From Mytilus californianus (Eukaryota), in the NCBI RefSeq assembly GCF_021869535.1, contig NW_026262734.1:33604001-33668000 (forward strand): 64,000 bases of DNA, in the 5' to 3' direction. The translations under genes were made by a program, and so were the position numbers. Below are positions 9,721-23,923 of this stretch, piece after piece. Positions within the stretch are counted from its first letter, which is position 1; the number at the start of each line of letters is the position of its first letter. The notes below the pieces were generated by a model. The model saw only the letters and a program-made list of their open reading frames with translations, had not been told where the DNA came from and did not search any database.

Positions 9721-11816
9721 TTTGTTTTGTTTTGCCTTAACGACTTTTAGTGAGAATACAAACACCTCTTTCCCTGATTGACTGCTGGTCAAACACACGT
9801 CAAGTCAATAGTTTGCATGTACAAAGCCGTAGCTGGCTGAGCAACAACATAGTTTTTGAGGAATTATTCTCTTAGTATATGCAGATTTCCAGTAATTTCC
9901 AGAAAAAAAAAACAAAAAAAAAAAAAAACCATTTCGAATAGTAATAGGTCTATCTAGCATGTTTTCATTTTATCTTATTCCTCCGACCTTAAGAATTATC
10001 AGGTGATTAGATACAAATTCATCTTGATTTTTTGTTGTCCCGGATAGAACATCATGCTTAAGGGACTGTTTGTGATGAATAAACACACAACAATGTTCGG
10101 CAAGGAAATGATTTTGAATCTGCTCATTGTTGTTAAAGAATTCTTGTAACTTTTTTCTTGAGACTGTAGACTGTTGTGAGGCATTATTTTTTTACCTATT
10201 TACCCAATTTTAGTTCGAGTTTTTCCGTTCTTCATCATCCTGTTTTAACAACTTTGAAGAACTTAATACTTTGATTTTTTTTGTTAAATGTGTTCTCATC
10301 CGGAATAAACATGGAATATATTTGGATTTACGTCAATTATCAATCTTATTAAACCGAACATTAAGTAAACAACAGATAGCCTTAGTCAATTTTTAAGTCT
10401 TTGTATAGTCACATAACACATAAAGTTTAATGTTTCGAAGTTTACAGGCATTACAACCATTGCCGCAGCACTTACATCTATCGAAGAATTATTTCACAAT
10501 TTTTAATAAATATTGATGTATATTCCTTAACCTTTTTTGCAAAACGTTAACATTTCCAATGATACCGCAAGCAATGCTTTCTTTATTTTGATGGTTTGCA
10601 ATAAAGGCTTACCAGACAAAACACATATGTAAGGAATCTGAAAGGGTTGCATTATACATTTTAATATTTTTAAGGCATAACTTAAATTATCACATATATG
10701 TTGATATGCTCCTTAGACCACCATGATTTTATTACATAAGAGAAGAAGGATATACTGTAATAATTAATGTAGAACAAATATACTAGTCAACAAAGAAACG
10801 ATATTAGGCAATGTATTTTCCATATATAATGAAATTGGATACACTGTACCAAGGTAAATAATTGCTCAGTTGGTCTTATATTTACAGAGTGTTATTTTCT
10901 TATCAAAATCATTGATTTAAGGCAAATACGCGTTTTTCTTTTGCAATTTTTGTTATTTCAAAAATCGTATTTTCACCCAAAAATTCAAAAATCGATATTA
11001 AAACTTAAAACTTTAAACTTAAACATGGTCTGCTTAAAATTTTGAATGCCTTTGCAGATATTTGAATACTTTATTCTCATCTTCGAAATTAAGTGCCGAT
11101 TTTTGTCATCATTTTCCGCAAAATAAATTTGACCCCTGTGTTCAATAACACGATATTTTCCAACTTTCCAATTTGGTCAGATTCTTTTAATCATATGCAT
11201 TTGCTTTACAAATGAATGTTTTTCATTGGATAATTTAACACTTTTCTCTATTTATTATATTTCATGATAAATTGGAGTTCAAACTTGTGTATCGTTATTT
11301 TTGTTGACTAGTATATAAGAGACAGCAACCAATGACAGTCACTGAACTTCAGATCTTTAACTCTGGACAGACACATATCAAATGTATCGCAGTTAAGATG
11401 TTTGTTAGCGTTCCCCTAACCTTGGACAGTGGTGAAACAGCACTACATAAGAATAAACCGTAAAATAATAATATTCTGACCAGTTTAAACAAAGACTTCA
11501 GCCAATGTTAGAAAAAATAATGTCAAGTATCCATAATACGTCTCTAAACAGATAAATCCCACAAACATTAAGATTCAAATTTCGTACGGGAAATTTATTT
11601 CAAATCATGTTTTTTCGGAATCTCTGTTGATGAATCGAATCCCGAAGTTGTTAACTTGAAATAGAAACTGGTATGGGAAATGGCTAAATTGGTGAATGTG
11701 TCAATCAACATAATATGACATATAAAACTATTTCATACAGTTTAGCGATATTTTTTATTGAAACGGTTTCTATGGTTATATATGGAACAGTTATTCACCT
11801 GTTGCAATTCCTAACG

Positions 11817-14015
11817 TTATTTCAACAGCGCAACGACATCTTCTTCAATATTTTTGTTGAAATTAGAGAAATCTATGACTTTCCTTAGAGTGAAAAATCC
11901 TCGGAAGAAATCTTTGACAACATCATCATATGTAAGCAAATCGTAATTTATGATGATTAGTTCTCGACTAAAGTCCCACTTGTAATAGTTCCATGCATAT
12001 TTCCATTCTTTCTTATTCCATTGTTGATTTCCTGTTGTGTCGTCACTGAGAAGTATTAAAAAATTGTGACTTTTTGAAATTACGTCAATCGTCTCTTGTT
12101 CCCGAGGTTTTCCAATTGTACTATCCCTGAAAAATAGAAACACATCGAAACCTTTTTTCTCTAGAGAAGGAACTAAAGAAGATAACAACCATTTACGGAT
12201 TAGTTCATCATCTTCATTTGAAGAAATATAAATGTCGTGAATTACAGAGGCAGGCAATAACGGCTCCCTGACGAAGTTTATACAAGATCTGGTTAGAATA
12301 AATAACTCAAACCGAAGATTGTATATAATCATTGCACATGTAATAACTGCAAAAAATGCCGCGCTAATCAAACTGTTCACCAATGAAGTATTTATAGTTG
12401 ACACTGAACAGCCAAGATCTTCTTTCTCTATGTCAGTAATAGGACGAAGTAATTCATTATTATTGCATAAAACATGTGTACTGTTCGCACAATTTTGATA
12501 TTGTAATGGTAACCATATTTTCAACCATAAATCTTCGCACGTACATTTCATGATAATTTTACCCAAAGAAATCTGACATGGCTTCAACATCTGTAAAGAA
12601 CGTGGAATTCGTTGAATGGTATTGCCTGTCATATTGATCAGTTGTATTTTTCTATACCTATGAAGCCCTATATTTGAAAATGTTCCAATTTGGTTGTTTG
12701 AAAGATCAAGTTTCTTTAAGCGTTTAAAAAAATTCAACCCGAACTGTTCAATTCTTTTTAGATTTCTTATCTTATTATTAGAGAAATCAATATGAAGATT
12801 TGTATACTTAGGTAGAACTGAAGGAAATCTTGTTAATCCAGATCCAGAGCAATTAACAACTGTTCGGTTGCCTATAGCAGGCTGATAAAAACAATGGCAT
12901 TGTGGTGGACAACGTGCAGCTAATGACAAGTTACAAATCAATTGATCCAGTTTGGAATTATTTATGATGTCGAACAATGTTCTCTTCTGTAGGTGTCTAG
13001 GTGAATCACAGGTCATATGAAAATTTATTCTGTGATAGATTTTTACAACCATTTCAGATAACTTTGCAAATGGGTATACTTTACAATCGCAAATCCACTG
13101 ATTTCCCCGTACAAATATCCACCAGGTAATTAATTTTCCTACATATTTAACGTCAAGTCCATTTTCGTTAAAAATTGAAAAGTATGTTAAATTATTATAA
13201 GAGCTATCCAGCGATCCGAAAAAAGAAAACTTTGAATTTTCTTGACTTTTCCAATTCAATTTGTTTGTTATAGAGCTTATGGAGTTATGTGAAAAATCTG
13301 CCTTACAAAATATGATCTGTGTCCATAAAATGTTTGTAATATCCAGCGTAGTAAGATAATTGTATGAAACATCAAATTCAAATAAACTTCCATTTACGTT
13401 AATTAAAAATCCAGGTTCGATAAATTTCAGTTTGTTGTGAGACAGGTCAATTACACGAAGGAATCTCATATGAAGAAATGTTTCATTACTCAAGTATTCC
13501 ACCAGGTTATGATGCAATTTGAATGTATCTAAGAATGTAATGCATGACACAAGATCGATGTCTTTAATTTTGTTGTAGGACAAATCTATTCGTGCAATTT
13601 CTGGAAATTCACAAATATTAATCGGAAACCTCTGCAAATTATTATGACGGCTTTTTATGTAATAGTGTGAATAACGCAACCATGGCAATGCCGATTTAAC
13701 AATCGATTTGCTTTTATAACCAGTCTTTTTTTCAATATATAGCTTGCCGATGTTATCTAACTTCTGATAGGTACTGCAAATGCAATTTGCTACATTACGA
13801 GATAATGAGCCACACATTAAATCATTTCGTTGGAAGTGTGCTTGTAACGCTTCCTGTAAAATGTCCGCTATAGGTTTTGAGTTTTGATGAGGATATACTA
13901 ATGGAATTAGATATTGAGGTAAATTATCTAATTTCAGATATTGATCCGTATGCACAAAAAGAATTACCAAAATGAATCCCCAAAACATATTTATCCAAAT
14001 TATCATACAAAACAT
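11817..14015 (-). CDS. TLR-B: intronless Toll-like receptor, same architecture, no post-TIR tail
   Basis: 732-aa ORF with a hydrophobic signal peptide, LRRs, NQWICDC...CPPQCHC, TM and TIR (HDIYISS, FFRDSTIG, WNKKEW). Confidence 0.96.
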   Translation of the reverse strand: MFCMIIWINMFWGFILVILFVHTDQYLKLDNLPQYLIPLVYPHQNSKPIADILQEALQAHFQRNDLMCGSLSRNVANCICSTYQKLDNIGKLYIEKKTGYKSKSIVKSALPWLRYSHYYIKSRHNNLQRFPINICEFPEIARIDLSYNKIKDIDLVSCITFLDTFKLHHNLVEYLSNETFLHMRFLRVIDLSHNKLKFIEPGFLINVNGSLFEFDVSYNYLTTLDITNILWTQIIFCKADFSHNSISSITNKLNWKSQENSKFSFFGSLDSSYNNLTYFSIFNENGLDVKYVGKLITWWIFVRGNQWICDCKVYPFAKLSEMVVKIYHRINFHMTCDSPRHLQKRTLFDIINNSKLDQLICNLSLAARCPPQCHCFYQPAIGNRTVVNCSGSGLTRFPSVLPKYTNLHIDFSNNKIRNLKRIEQFGLNFFKRLKKLDLSNNQIGTFSNIGLHRYRKIQLINMTGNTIQRIPRSLQMLKPCQISLGKIIMKCTCEDLWLKIWLPLQYQNCANSTHVLCNNNELLRPITDIEKEDLGCSVSTINTSLVNSLISAAFFAVITCAMIIYNLRFELFILTRSCINFVREPLLPASVIHDIYISSNEDDELIRKWLLSSLVPSLEKKGFDVFLFFRDSTIGKPREQETIDVISKSHNFLILLSDDTTGNQQWNKKEWKYAWNYYKWDFSRELIIINYDLLTYDDVVKDFFRGFFTLRKVIDFSNFNKNIEEDVVALLK

Positions 14016-14502
14016 GACACCGACTTATTCGTTTTGGCAATTCTGATATATGATTCCTTTTTAAACCTTATACACTTGTAAGAGGATGAATATAGGATTG
14101 AGTGATCTACGTGTATAAGAAAATATTTATATATATCTCTTAAGTATCTTCGCAAGTTCTTTCAAGTGCATCATTCTTTGGTGATAATTCATAACTTATG
14201 TTCAGTCATATATAATATGTAAGTTACCTTTCATCCTTTTGATCCTTGCATCTAACATGTCTAAAGCACCCACTTAATGGAAGAGGAAGATATGTTTATG
14301 TATAAGATGGATACTGTGTCCGTCAGCATCAAATATCAACAAAAGAAAACTATAATATTTTCGCATACAAATGTTTTATCTTGTTATAGACAACTGCAAA
14401 CTAAGATCCATAACATACTAAGACATGATTTCACTTTCCATTTTGTCAAATGTTTTAGTCTTTCTGTAGTGTTTATACATTGTGTTTTCGAATGTCAGTT
14501 GA

Positions 14503-14710
14503 TAAGAGAGTCGAACGATACCAAAGGGACATTCAAACTCATAAGTCGAAAATAAACTGACAACGCCATGGGTTAAAAACAGAAATACCAACAGACAAAC
14601 ACCATTACACACAACACAACATAGAAAACACAGACTTAGCAACACAAACCCCACCAACACTTGGGGTGATCTCAGGTCCTCCGAAAGGGTAAGCAGATCC
14701 TGATCCACAT
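14503..14710 (-). mobile_element. 3'-end fragment of the PLE-1 family
   Basis: Reverse complement matches 9545-9710 and continues to the family terminus GGTATCGTTCGACTCTC. Confidence 0.8.
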
Positions 14711-16511
14711 GATAACATGATGTGCTAGAACATGTTCTCATTATGGCAATATTACTCGCAAAGTTATATTGTCATATCAAGGATGTCAATGTTCGGGTAT
14801 TTATAATCTTTACTCAAATTAATGTAGAAAAATATGATTAATTTATCATTTGTAATTTGCTTTGACATGGCTTTTAGTGCCTGCGAGTTTTATAAGGTCG
14901 GCACTTTGTGTATTTATCTATTTTGTTAGTTGTTTTAATGCTACGTACCGATCTAATGAGTCAATGTGTGATGTGTCGTTGCTTGCTGTCTGTCATATTT
15001 TTTTTTAGATGAACTATTGCCGTTGGTTTTTCTCGTTTGAGTTGATTCCCATAAATTCACGACGGTTACGTTTATAGATTACTACACTGGATTTAACATT
15101 GACTTGTAATTTTTCTTTTCTTTTACGCTAGTTTCAATTTGTATAAAGTTCACATGTGCACCATCAATAAACAATTTAAAAAGAAGATCAGTAATGCACA
15201 ATCAAAGATAAATATAATCATCATGATAGATAAATTTTTACTTGTCAAGGGTGTCGGTATTCGGGAATTAAGAATTTTCTTTTTTTTTTTTACTAAAGAG
15301 ATATGGCATCCGGTTTTATTTTTTTTTAGAACAACATTAATGTTAAGACAATATTTAATGATCTTACTGCAGCGATAAATTGGTTACCTTTTAAGAATAA
15401 TTTTATTCAAAGGTTTGATAAGTTTTCATTGATGGAATTGAAATTTTACGGGCTCTATAAACACAATAACCGTAAACGTAAGAATGTGATATTTCTGTTG
15501 GTATTAAGGATTCTAAAGATCGAACCAAAGTTCCAAACCAATATTTGTATACCATGAACTGTAGATTCACAGATGGGTAATATATTCACCTTGTGTTCAT
15601 AGAAGGAGACGCTTACCCTCTCAATTCTTTTGAAGTTTTTGCAATTTCCTCTGTTTTTGTGTTATTTTAATTTGTATATTTATAGCCGATAAATGATATC
15701 GGTTAACTACTTTTGTCTTTTTCAGAGATATTTCAAACTCCAAACCCAATCTTTGTGTTTCGCCATGACTTGCATTTCTAGATAATTTCAGTTTTATTTT
15801 CGTATGTTTGATGTCAAACATATAATTTCATATTTTAATACTCATTAGATTTGTTGTTGAAAGAGTTCCTTTGTTTATAAGCATGAATGTTCCAAACTAA
15901 CCGTTAAATGCGATAAAATATAGGTGAAATTATATCATTATTTGTCGTAGAAAGCCATTGACAATGTTCTTGCCACTACCAACTCATGCAAGAACTAAAC
16001 AGTCCTTGATGTTTTTTTGTGATTTAGATTTAACTTTCTAGAAAGGTACATAAATGTTTACAAAGGGAAAAAAATGGATCAATGTGCTTTTCTTTTAGTT
16101 TAAAACAGACAACCTACCTTTTTTTATGATAGAGATCCTATTTTCCTTTTTGGTCATTTTTTTCAGCACATGACAGAATAAGGTATAGTTTTGAAATTAA
16201 GTGACTGTCATTTGTTTTTAACTAAGTTGCTATGAATGATTGTAATCTCAGAACTTAACACAGAAAACAATAGAGCCTTGCATAAGTGGTTTGCATAAGT
16301 GGTTTTATTCCGTAAAGAAAATAAAAACGCGAAAAAGAATATATTGCTTTGACGATTATATGCTAACGAAAAAAGTGAAGCATTTACTAGAAGGACTATT
16401 GTTTCTGAACAAATATGTTGTTTCTCAATACATTTTTTTTGATATGATAACGTTTAAACAAGACAAATTCTGATATTGCTTTACATCTCCCCCCCCCCCC
16501 CCTTTTTTTTT

Positions 16512-17008
16512 TTATTAATTTTGTATTTACATTGTGTCATAGATCAAATTTATTCGTTCATTGTATGTTTACTTGTTTTTGTTTATATGTCTTTTGATTG
16601 AGTTAAGCCGTTTCAACTGATATTTTATAGTGTGTCCTTCTATGTTGTGATGTTACACTATTATTTCAGGTTAGGGTGAAGGGTGGCGCCTGTTAAAACG
16701 TTTAAACCCGCTGTATTTGTTTGCAACTGTCCTAAGTCAGGAACCTTTTGTTCAGGGGTTGTCGTTTGTTGATGTGGTTCATAAGTGTTTCTCGTTTCTC
16801 GTTTTTTTATATAGATTAGACCGTTGGTTTTCCTGTTTGAATGGTTTAATACTAGTTATTTTTGGGGCCCTTTATAGCTTGCTGTTCGGTGTGAGCCAAG
16901 GCTCCGTGTTGAAGGCCGTACTTTGTAATGGTTTACTTTTGCAAATTGTGACTTGGATGGAGAGTTGTCTCATTGGCACTCATACCACATCTTCTTATAT
17001 CTATCTAT
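16512..17008 (+). mobile_element. Interspersed repeat family A, apparently unit-length (about 490 bp)
   Basis: Aligns end to end with 21184-21664. Both copies start at the same point after a T run. Confidence 0.9.
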
Positions 17009-17148
17009 AGTGGATATAATTAAACAGTGAAAAATAAATGTAACAACAGCACAACACTGAATATAAAATCAATGAGTGACATGGACAAATAAAAACCAAT
17101 GATCGATTAGCGGCTTGATTGAGCATCCAGCGTAAAATAATCAATGAA

Positions 17149-17257
17149 AGTAGTGGCCATTGTGAAGAGTTCGAAAACCATACACAAATAATATAATGAA
17201 ATAAGTAGTGGCCATTGTGAAGCGTTGGAATACTATACACAAATAATAAGATGAAAC
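17149..17257. repeat. Two-copy 55-bp tandem duplication
   Basis: AGTAGTGGCCATTGTGAAG...ATACACAAATAAT starts at 17149 and again at 17204. Confidence 0.85.
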
Positions 17258-18129
17258 GAATGGAAAATAGTAGCACTATCATTAGCAAAGAAAAAAGATC
17301 TATTGAAGATTCCGTTTCACTTTGCATGCCGGTGCCACACTGATACATTTGAATTTCAAATCTTTTTTAATTGATCCATTATATTTCTCATGTAGGCTTA
17401 CACTTTTGTCTTGTAGTATCATTTATATGAAAAGTAAACTATATTTTCTAGTGCAGGCATTTTCTATTTATTTATTCAGTTGATGACATAATTACTGAAA
17501 GTTAAACAAGTAATTTATTTTATTGTGCATTTTATTATTGATATCTTATACAATGGTAAAAACAGCCCGTCCGGGGTCTTATTTTATACAAAATACCTTG
17601 TTTTTGTCTATCCACTCCGGTCAGTGTAATATGCATCACAACTTTGAAAGTATCAGAAATAAACAAAATTTGTAGGAAGTGTTCCTACCTTATCACATCT
17701 TACTATGTATCATGAAATAAAAAACACCATGGCTAAAAATAAAAAGACCATGAATAAAAACAAAAGTCAACAAAACACAACCCAGAAAACTAAATGTGAC
17801 GCGAAACAAACACAAAAAGCAGCAAAAGAACTGAAATGTCAGCAGTTCCTCTTCCAATTGTTACTCTAGCTACCAGTTAATTAACATATTAAAGATTCAA
17901 ATCAGGGGATTATGTATCTTATTATGGCAAATTATTGAATGCCTCTTGTTGAATTTAAAGACATTATTAAATTCATAAACGATTGCCACAAGTGATTTTT
18001 CTTACCCTAATCTTTACCGAAACATAATGTTTTGAAGAAAAAAAACCCCAAAATAACCGTGATTCCGGAAAAAGGTTAACCAAGACTGTTACGAGACGAA
18101 ACAGAGATTACATTTAGCATTAAATAGGA

Positions 18130-18435
18130 CAAAATGCAACATTACAAATTAAAGCAATAGCAACATGAATCCCTTTCACACATAATATAGGTCGAGCTCA
18201 GATGCTCCGGAAGGGAAATCAGTTTCTGTTTCATTAGCAACAATCGTGCTGTAACTCATTTTAAATATATAATCGGGGATAAGTCGCGTTCTGTGATGTC
18301 AAAAACTGATATGAAAAAAAGACGTCATGTTCCTACGTTAAGTATACCATAACCGTGGTCAACTGTGACAAAAAATATTCATAACGGTATATCACATCAT
18401 TATGGCGTCCGTACAACTTTCGAAGATTGAACCAT
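18130..18435 (-). mobile_element. Old Penelope-like fragment (ORF end plus 3' UTR)
   Basis: Minus strand has CGAAAGTTGTACGGACGCCATAATG (RKLYGRHN) and CCTTCCGGAGCATCTGAG, both matching the PLE-1 end. Confidence 0.6.
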
Positions 18436-18761
18436 TTTTTTAATTGCTACCATATTATAAGAAACCCTGTTTCAAGTAAATAATGATAAGTAATGCCCAT
18501 TCTACCAAGCTGCCACTTCAAATTCATGAATATGGTAAAGTTTTTTCTTATTGAGGATGCTTTTATAGCTCATAGAAATTTATTTTCACCTTACAGCAAG
18601 CTCATCATTGCAGTTTGTTCGATGGTTGCGAATCTTAAGGACAGCTGCTCATATTTTTGCAAAGTTGAGATATCGTTATATGTTATCCTAAATATCAAAT
18701 CTAAAATTGGTTTCAAAATCCAACATAATTCCTTGAATTGTCCTTTAATATTAATAAGAAG

Positions 18762-18965
18762 ATGTGGTATGAGTGCCAATGAGACAACTCTCCATCCAAG
18801 TCACAATGTATAAAAAGTTAACAATTATAGGTCAATGTACGACCTTCAACAGGGAGCCTTGGCTCACACCGAACATCAAGTTATAAAGGGCCCCAAAATG
18901 ACAAGTGTAAAACAATTCAAACAGGAAAACCAACGGTCTATTTTATATAAAAAACGAGAAACGAT
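18762..18965 (-). mobile_element. Interspersed repeat family A, 3' part
   Basis: Reverse complement of the family-A 3' end. Confidence 0.9.
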
Positions 18966-21183
18966 CAACACTTTAAATTCATTATCTACAAAAAAGTCAT
19001 TTTAGTTGGAAATCTGCAAACTGTTTGATCTTTTGTGACAAAGAAGTATGCGTTCCATCGTAATTGTTTCCATTCACACTAGTTGAAATATGATACAAGC
19101 TTTGCTCCATGATAAGATGCATATTGTGGAATATAACTTTTATGAATAGAGAGAAAAAAGATACCAAATTCTAATGCAATAATTGTGTATAAATGGTTCT
19201 GATTGGATGACAATGAGCGTACAATTCTCTATCTACCTGTCTGTAACTAAAGGAAGCCGACATTTTGAATTTCGGAATGTATTGACGTATAATTTATATA
19301 ATTGTATTGTATTCCAAGAAGCCCGAAAACGCCAGGTGTTGACACCAGAGGCATACCAATGGCGTCACCTAGTTTAGGTGCCAAAGAAAATAACATCATT
19401 TCGCGGAATTTTTGTTTAATGAAAATTTTACACCAAGATAATGACTAGAATTGAATGAGATCTTTATTTTGCATTAGGATAGAGAATTGGAAATTTGCAC
19501 ACTGTTTGATCTTTTGCTACGAGTCGCCAGTCAAACTCAATTTGCGACATTAAAACTACCGATGGAAGTCCGCAAAGTTTTAATACAATACAATTATCTC
19601 TCAAGTTATATTCAAACCCATAAGTCGAAAACAAACTGACAATGCCATGGCACAAAAAGAAAACGGCGAATAGACAAAAACAATAGTAATATAATGTAAT
19701 ATTGATTTACTTATTTATACTAAAAATTCTGATCTAAACGGTTACTGTGCCTTATCCTATAAAATTTATTTATATTATAATGGTAGATTTTTAAGTAAAC
19801 AAACTCACTCCTTCATAGTAAATTGTCGTAATATTCAATTGCAATAGGATATTTGATTATGCATATTCAATTCCGTATGTTATATTTCATAATAAGATAG
19901 TGTTAGCAATGTTATGTACTTGTTATTGTTAGTGTGGGTTATACTTCAAATAATTGTTCTTCCAAATTTTAAAGATGTGTGTGAAAATATGAGTATTCAG
20001 TTAAATCTTTTAAATAAACCAACTGAATCAGAAAAAGTCATTTACGAGAAAAAGGCGGCAGAAATATAGACTTAAATATATTTACTTAACGTGATGTGTA
20101 TAATTGTTAAATGGTAAAGTCCTTTAAAATAATATATATCAAACCTTTGAACAAAATTTCGAATCTCCTGGTTGATTTCCTTCTTTAAGTTGATAAAACA
20201 TTTTGAAAGAAAAAAATGTCGTTTTTTCAAAACAAAAAACTATGATCTCTATAAAATATTAATACAAGGGTAGAAATTAGAAAAACAAAAACTTCACGAA
20301 AAAATTTGAAATAACAAATATTGACTTTTTGTAAATATCAAATTTAAAAACAAGGAAAAGTTGAAACGGAAGAGGAATCAATTGATGTATCTGTCGTAAC
20401 AGTTATAATTTACCGAAATGACATACCGTCTAAAACTAAATTTTAGGTTATTCTGCATACATTAAGATCTATTATAAAATATGAAAACTTTGTTTCTAAG
20501 ATATTTTTTATTCAGCCAAACTCTTTTCTCTGACCCACTTAAACGGTACCAATTTTCCTGGACCAGATAAATAATGCTAACTCGATCGGCCAATGGAATT
20601 CATTGTTACATAAACGACTTACTTAGTCTCTGATGCATGATTTTTTATTATTAATTGTTTTGGCTTTTAACTAGCTGTCGGTAACTACGAGTACTCTCAA
20701 ATCGTACTTTCTTTTTAATTTGACCTGTTGATACTATTTGTAATGCTTTTTTGTTATTTAATGTTGACATGGATCTTGTCTATATACCAGCATTGATTAT
20801 TTGGTATTACTACAAATTTTCACTTCTTCGTACAATGAACATCAAAATTATTTCATTTTTCCTTAGATGCTGTTCTTAGACCTGTACAGGAAGTTTTATG
20901 TAGCACTAATTGTATAGTTTTATTTTTGATATTCACCACATATGTACCAAGTGTTCGATTAGTTTTATTGATATTAAAGAAATTTCTTGGTATTCCTAAA
21001 CGGAAGATTTTATACACACAGAAGAAGAAGTATACTTAACAACAAAATTATTTTCATTTACCTGTGTATAATAGGAAGCAGGTTTCTTCAAAAGTGATGA
21101 TTTTCAAAAATTGTTTGACATTTCACAGTGATATCATACTTTAATTTTGTTTAAACCTGTTTATTTACTTTTGACTTTAATTT

Positions 21184-21664
21184 TTTATTAACTGTGTATT
21201 TGCATTCAGGTGTCACAGGTCAAATTTATTCGTTCATTGTGTGTTAATTTACGTTTTTTGATTGAGTTAAGCCTCCCAATTGATATTTTATAGTGTTTTT
21301 TTCTATGTTGTGATGTTCTACTATTGTTTCAGAAAAGGGAGAAGGTTTGGTACCATTAAAACGTTTAATTCCGCTGAAAATGTTTGCACCTGTCCTAAGT
21401 CAGGAATCTGATTACAGTAGTTGTCGTCTGTTTATGTAGTTCATACGTGTTTCTCGTTTCTCTTTTTTATATAGACCGTTGGTTTTTCCGTTTGAATGGT
21501 TTTACACTAGTAATTTTTTGGGGCCCTTTATAGCTTGCTGTTCCGTGTGAGCCAATGCTCCGTGTTGAAGGCCGTACCTTGACCTATAATGGTTAATTTT
21601 ATAAATTGTAACTTGGATGGAGTGTTGTCTCATTGGCACTCATACCACATCTTCCTATATCTAT
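21184..21664 (+). mobile_element. Interspersed repeat family A, unit-length copy
   Basis: Aligns with 16512-17008. Confidence 0.9.
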
Positions 21665-23923
21665 TTACAGATCATACCCAGCTGAAACTTTATCGTTACA
21701 GCGAAATTGAAACATGGAGGACTCGACAACATTTGGAAAATATATATCATTCAAGATTTTTGAAAAAAGTTATTTATCATAATACCATAAAAAAACACGA
21801 GAGCAAATATGTAATTATCCAACACAAAATAAATGAAATAATTTACATAAACTGTGAATTAATACCACAACCATCAATAAACAAAATACAAAAACAAAAA
21901 TACAAATCATAAATTACAGTCAGTTTAGTACAATCAAAGATAACATTTGATATTACAATGGTGTTAAGATAACAGTATCTTATCTTATTTGCCGTCTCTG
22001 CATTCAAAATTTCACAACAACTAATATCAATGACATCAATTATATATCAAAATGTAATAAAAAGCGATAAGTTCATGGTGTGAAATTCAAAACATTTGAA
22101 GCACATACAAATTCAAATTAAACCCCAACATATGGTAAGGACGGAAACCTTTGTCCTAATGAAATGTTGTTCATTTAGAATCATTACAAACAAAAACGGA
22201 ACAAATATGTCAGACCAAAATGTGAAATTAAATGGAATAGAACATTGAAAACGGAGCTAGACTGACGATCAATTGAAAGAAACTTGACAAGCTGTTTGTA
22301 TCTAACAATATTTAACAATTCGTATAAAAAACACTACATTATATAATTTATACCGAGTTATAATTGTACCAAATGCAAAATTCCGATGGCCTTTTTAACT
22401 TTTTTAGGAATTTTTTTAAAACTCAAGAGTATCGTTGTAAACATTGTTATAAAATTCAAGACATAGTTGAAGAAAGCTGCTCCCTCTCTGTGCATAGATG
22501 TAACGCTGAACTCTGATGTCCAAAATATGATATGATCGATGCCTTGATTAAACGAAAATAAATATTGGGAATGTCATAGTGTTTTAGGAATATTTAGTAT
22601 TTGAAAAGGTCGCAATAACGTTTAATTTAACATAAAAGTAAATAATGAAACCTCTATGTATTTGTAAGAATGCTTTGAATCATTTTACCAGTAAATGAAA
22701 TAAAAAGCATTGTTTTGGTATTCTCAACCTTGACCGTTTGTCTCAAAAGTTGAAATTTTATTAAAACTTGTTGCATTTGTTCATTTTTAGGCCTGATTTA
22801 AATGAAATTATGCGTACATTTGTATCATTGTTATCTTTAACACAAAAAGTAGTTCATTGAATTAGTGTACTATTTACATATTCCTTTACAATCAATTTTC
22901 ATTCCCTATTCATATTAATATTACATATATTAGTTGGAGTAATAATATTTTACCCACCATTAATGGTGTTTCGTCATTGGTGTACACACACACACACATA
23001 CATATATATTACAATAAATCCGTCAAAGAAAATTCTAAAGTGATTGAAGCACGTGTCGTGTCGAGGTCAATTTTTAACAACCATCTAACCTGGAGACTAA
23101 TAAAATAAAATAATTTATACTTTGGTGTTTTTGCTTAAACGAGATACAATTTGAACTTTATTATATTAATATGAAAGAAGACAAAAAATGACCATGATAC
23201 AAATATTAAAGATTTTCATGTCAAAGGGTAAAATTGTAAGAAAACACAAGCTTCATGATGTGTAGAATGTTAATTGGGAATAGAAACCGGTTTTTACGTA
23301 AAATGTTAAATGACGGGAGTAATTTGTTAGCATTTTTAATTTCCCTAGCAAATGGGATATGTAACACAAACTGGGACCCATCTGTCAGCTGCCTTGGTCT
23401 GCTTATTCTTTCTGTAATCCAGGTGTTTAAAAAATTAAAGATGTTGTTGATGTAAAAAATAGACATAACAATAACAATAGACAAATAAAATTAAACTAAA
23501 AGAAAACTTTTTACCCAACCCGTATTATTTAATCAGCCAACCTTACCGATAATATACTACATGATGGTTTGCCTTGTAGATCAGCACTTGGAACCTGTGA
23601 GTCTTGAAACGTCGAATTTTTAAGATATCACCAGAAAATTATTTTGCATGGTTTGACTGTTTATAGATTTGAAATTTAAAATGGAAAGGGGTAGTTTCAA
23701 CCTTGTACAATTACACACAAACATTTAATTACTCTTCTTTGTTCAAACTCAAAGGTCGATTGTAATCTGATTTGTTCGTAAATTATATTTTTTTGCATAA
23801 ATACTAATAATCAATTATAACGATCTTCATAGTAGAAAATGAATATCTATTCCAAGTAAAACAACTTTGAAAAGAACATTTTTGTAATAATCAGAAATTC
23901 AATATTTGTAAAAAATTTGATAC

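Noticed and set aside
23221-23484. Overlapping short ORFs downstream of TLR-C
   Set aside because: No recognisable domain, no paralogous copy and no splice evidence.
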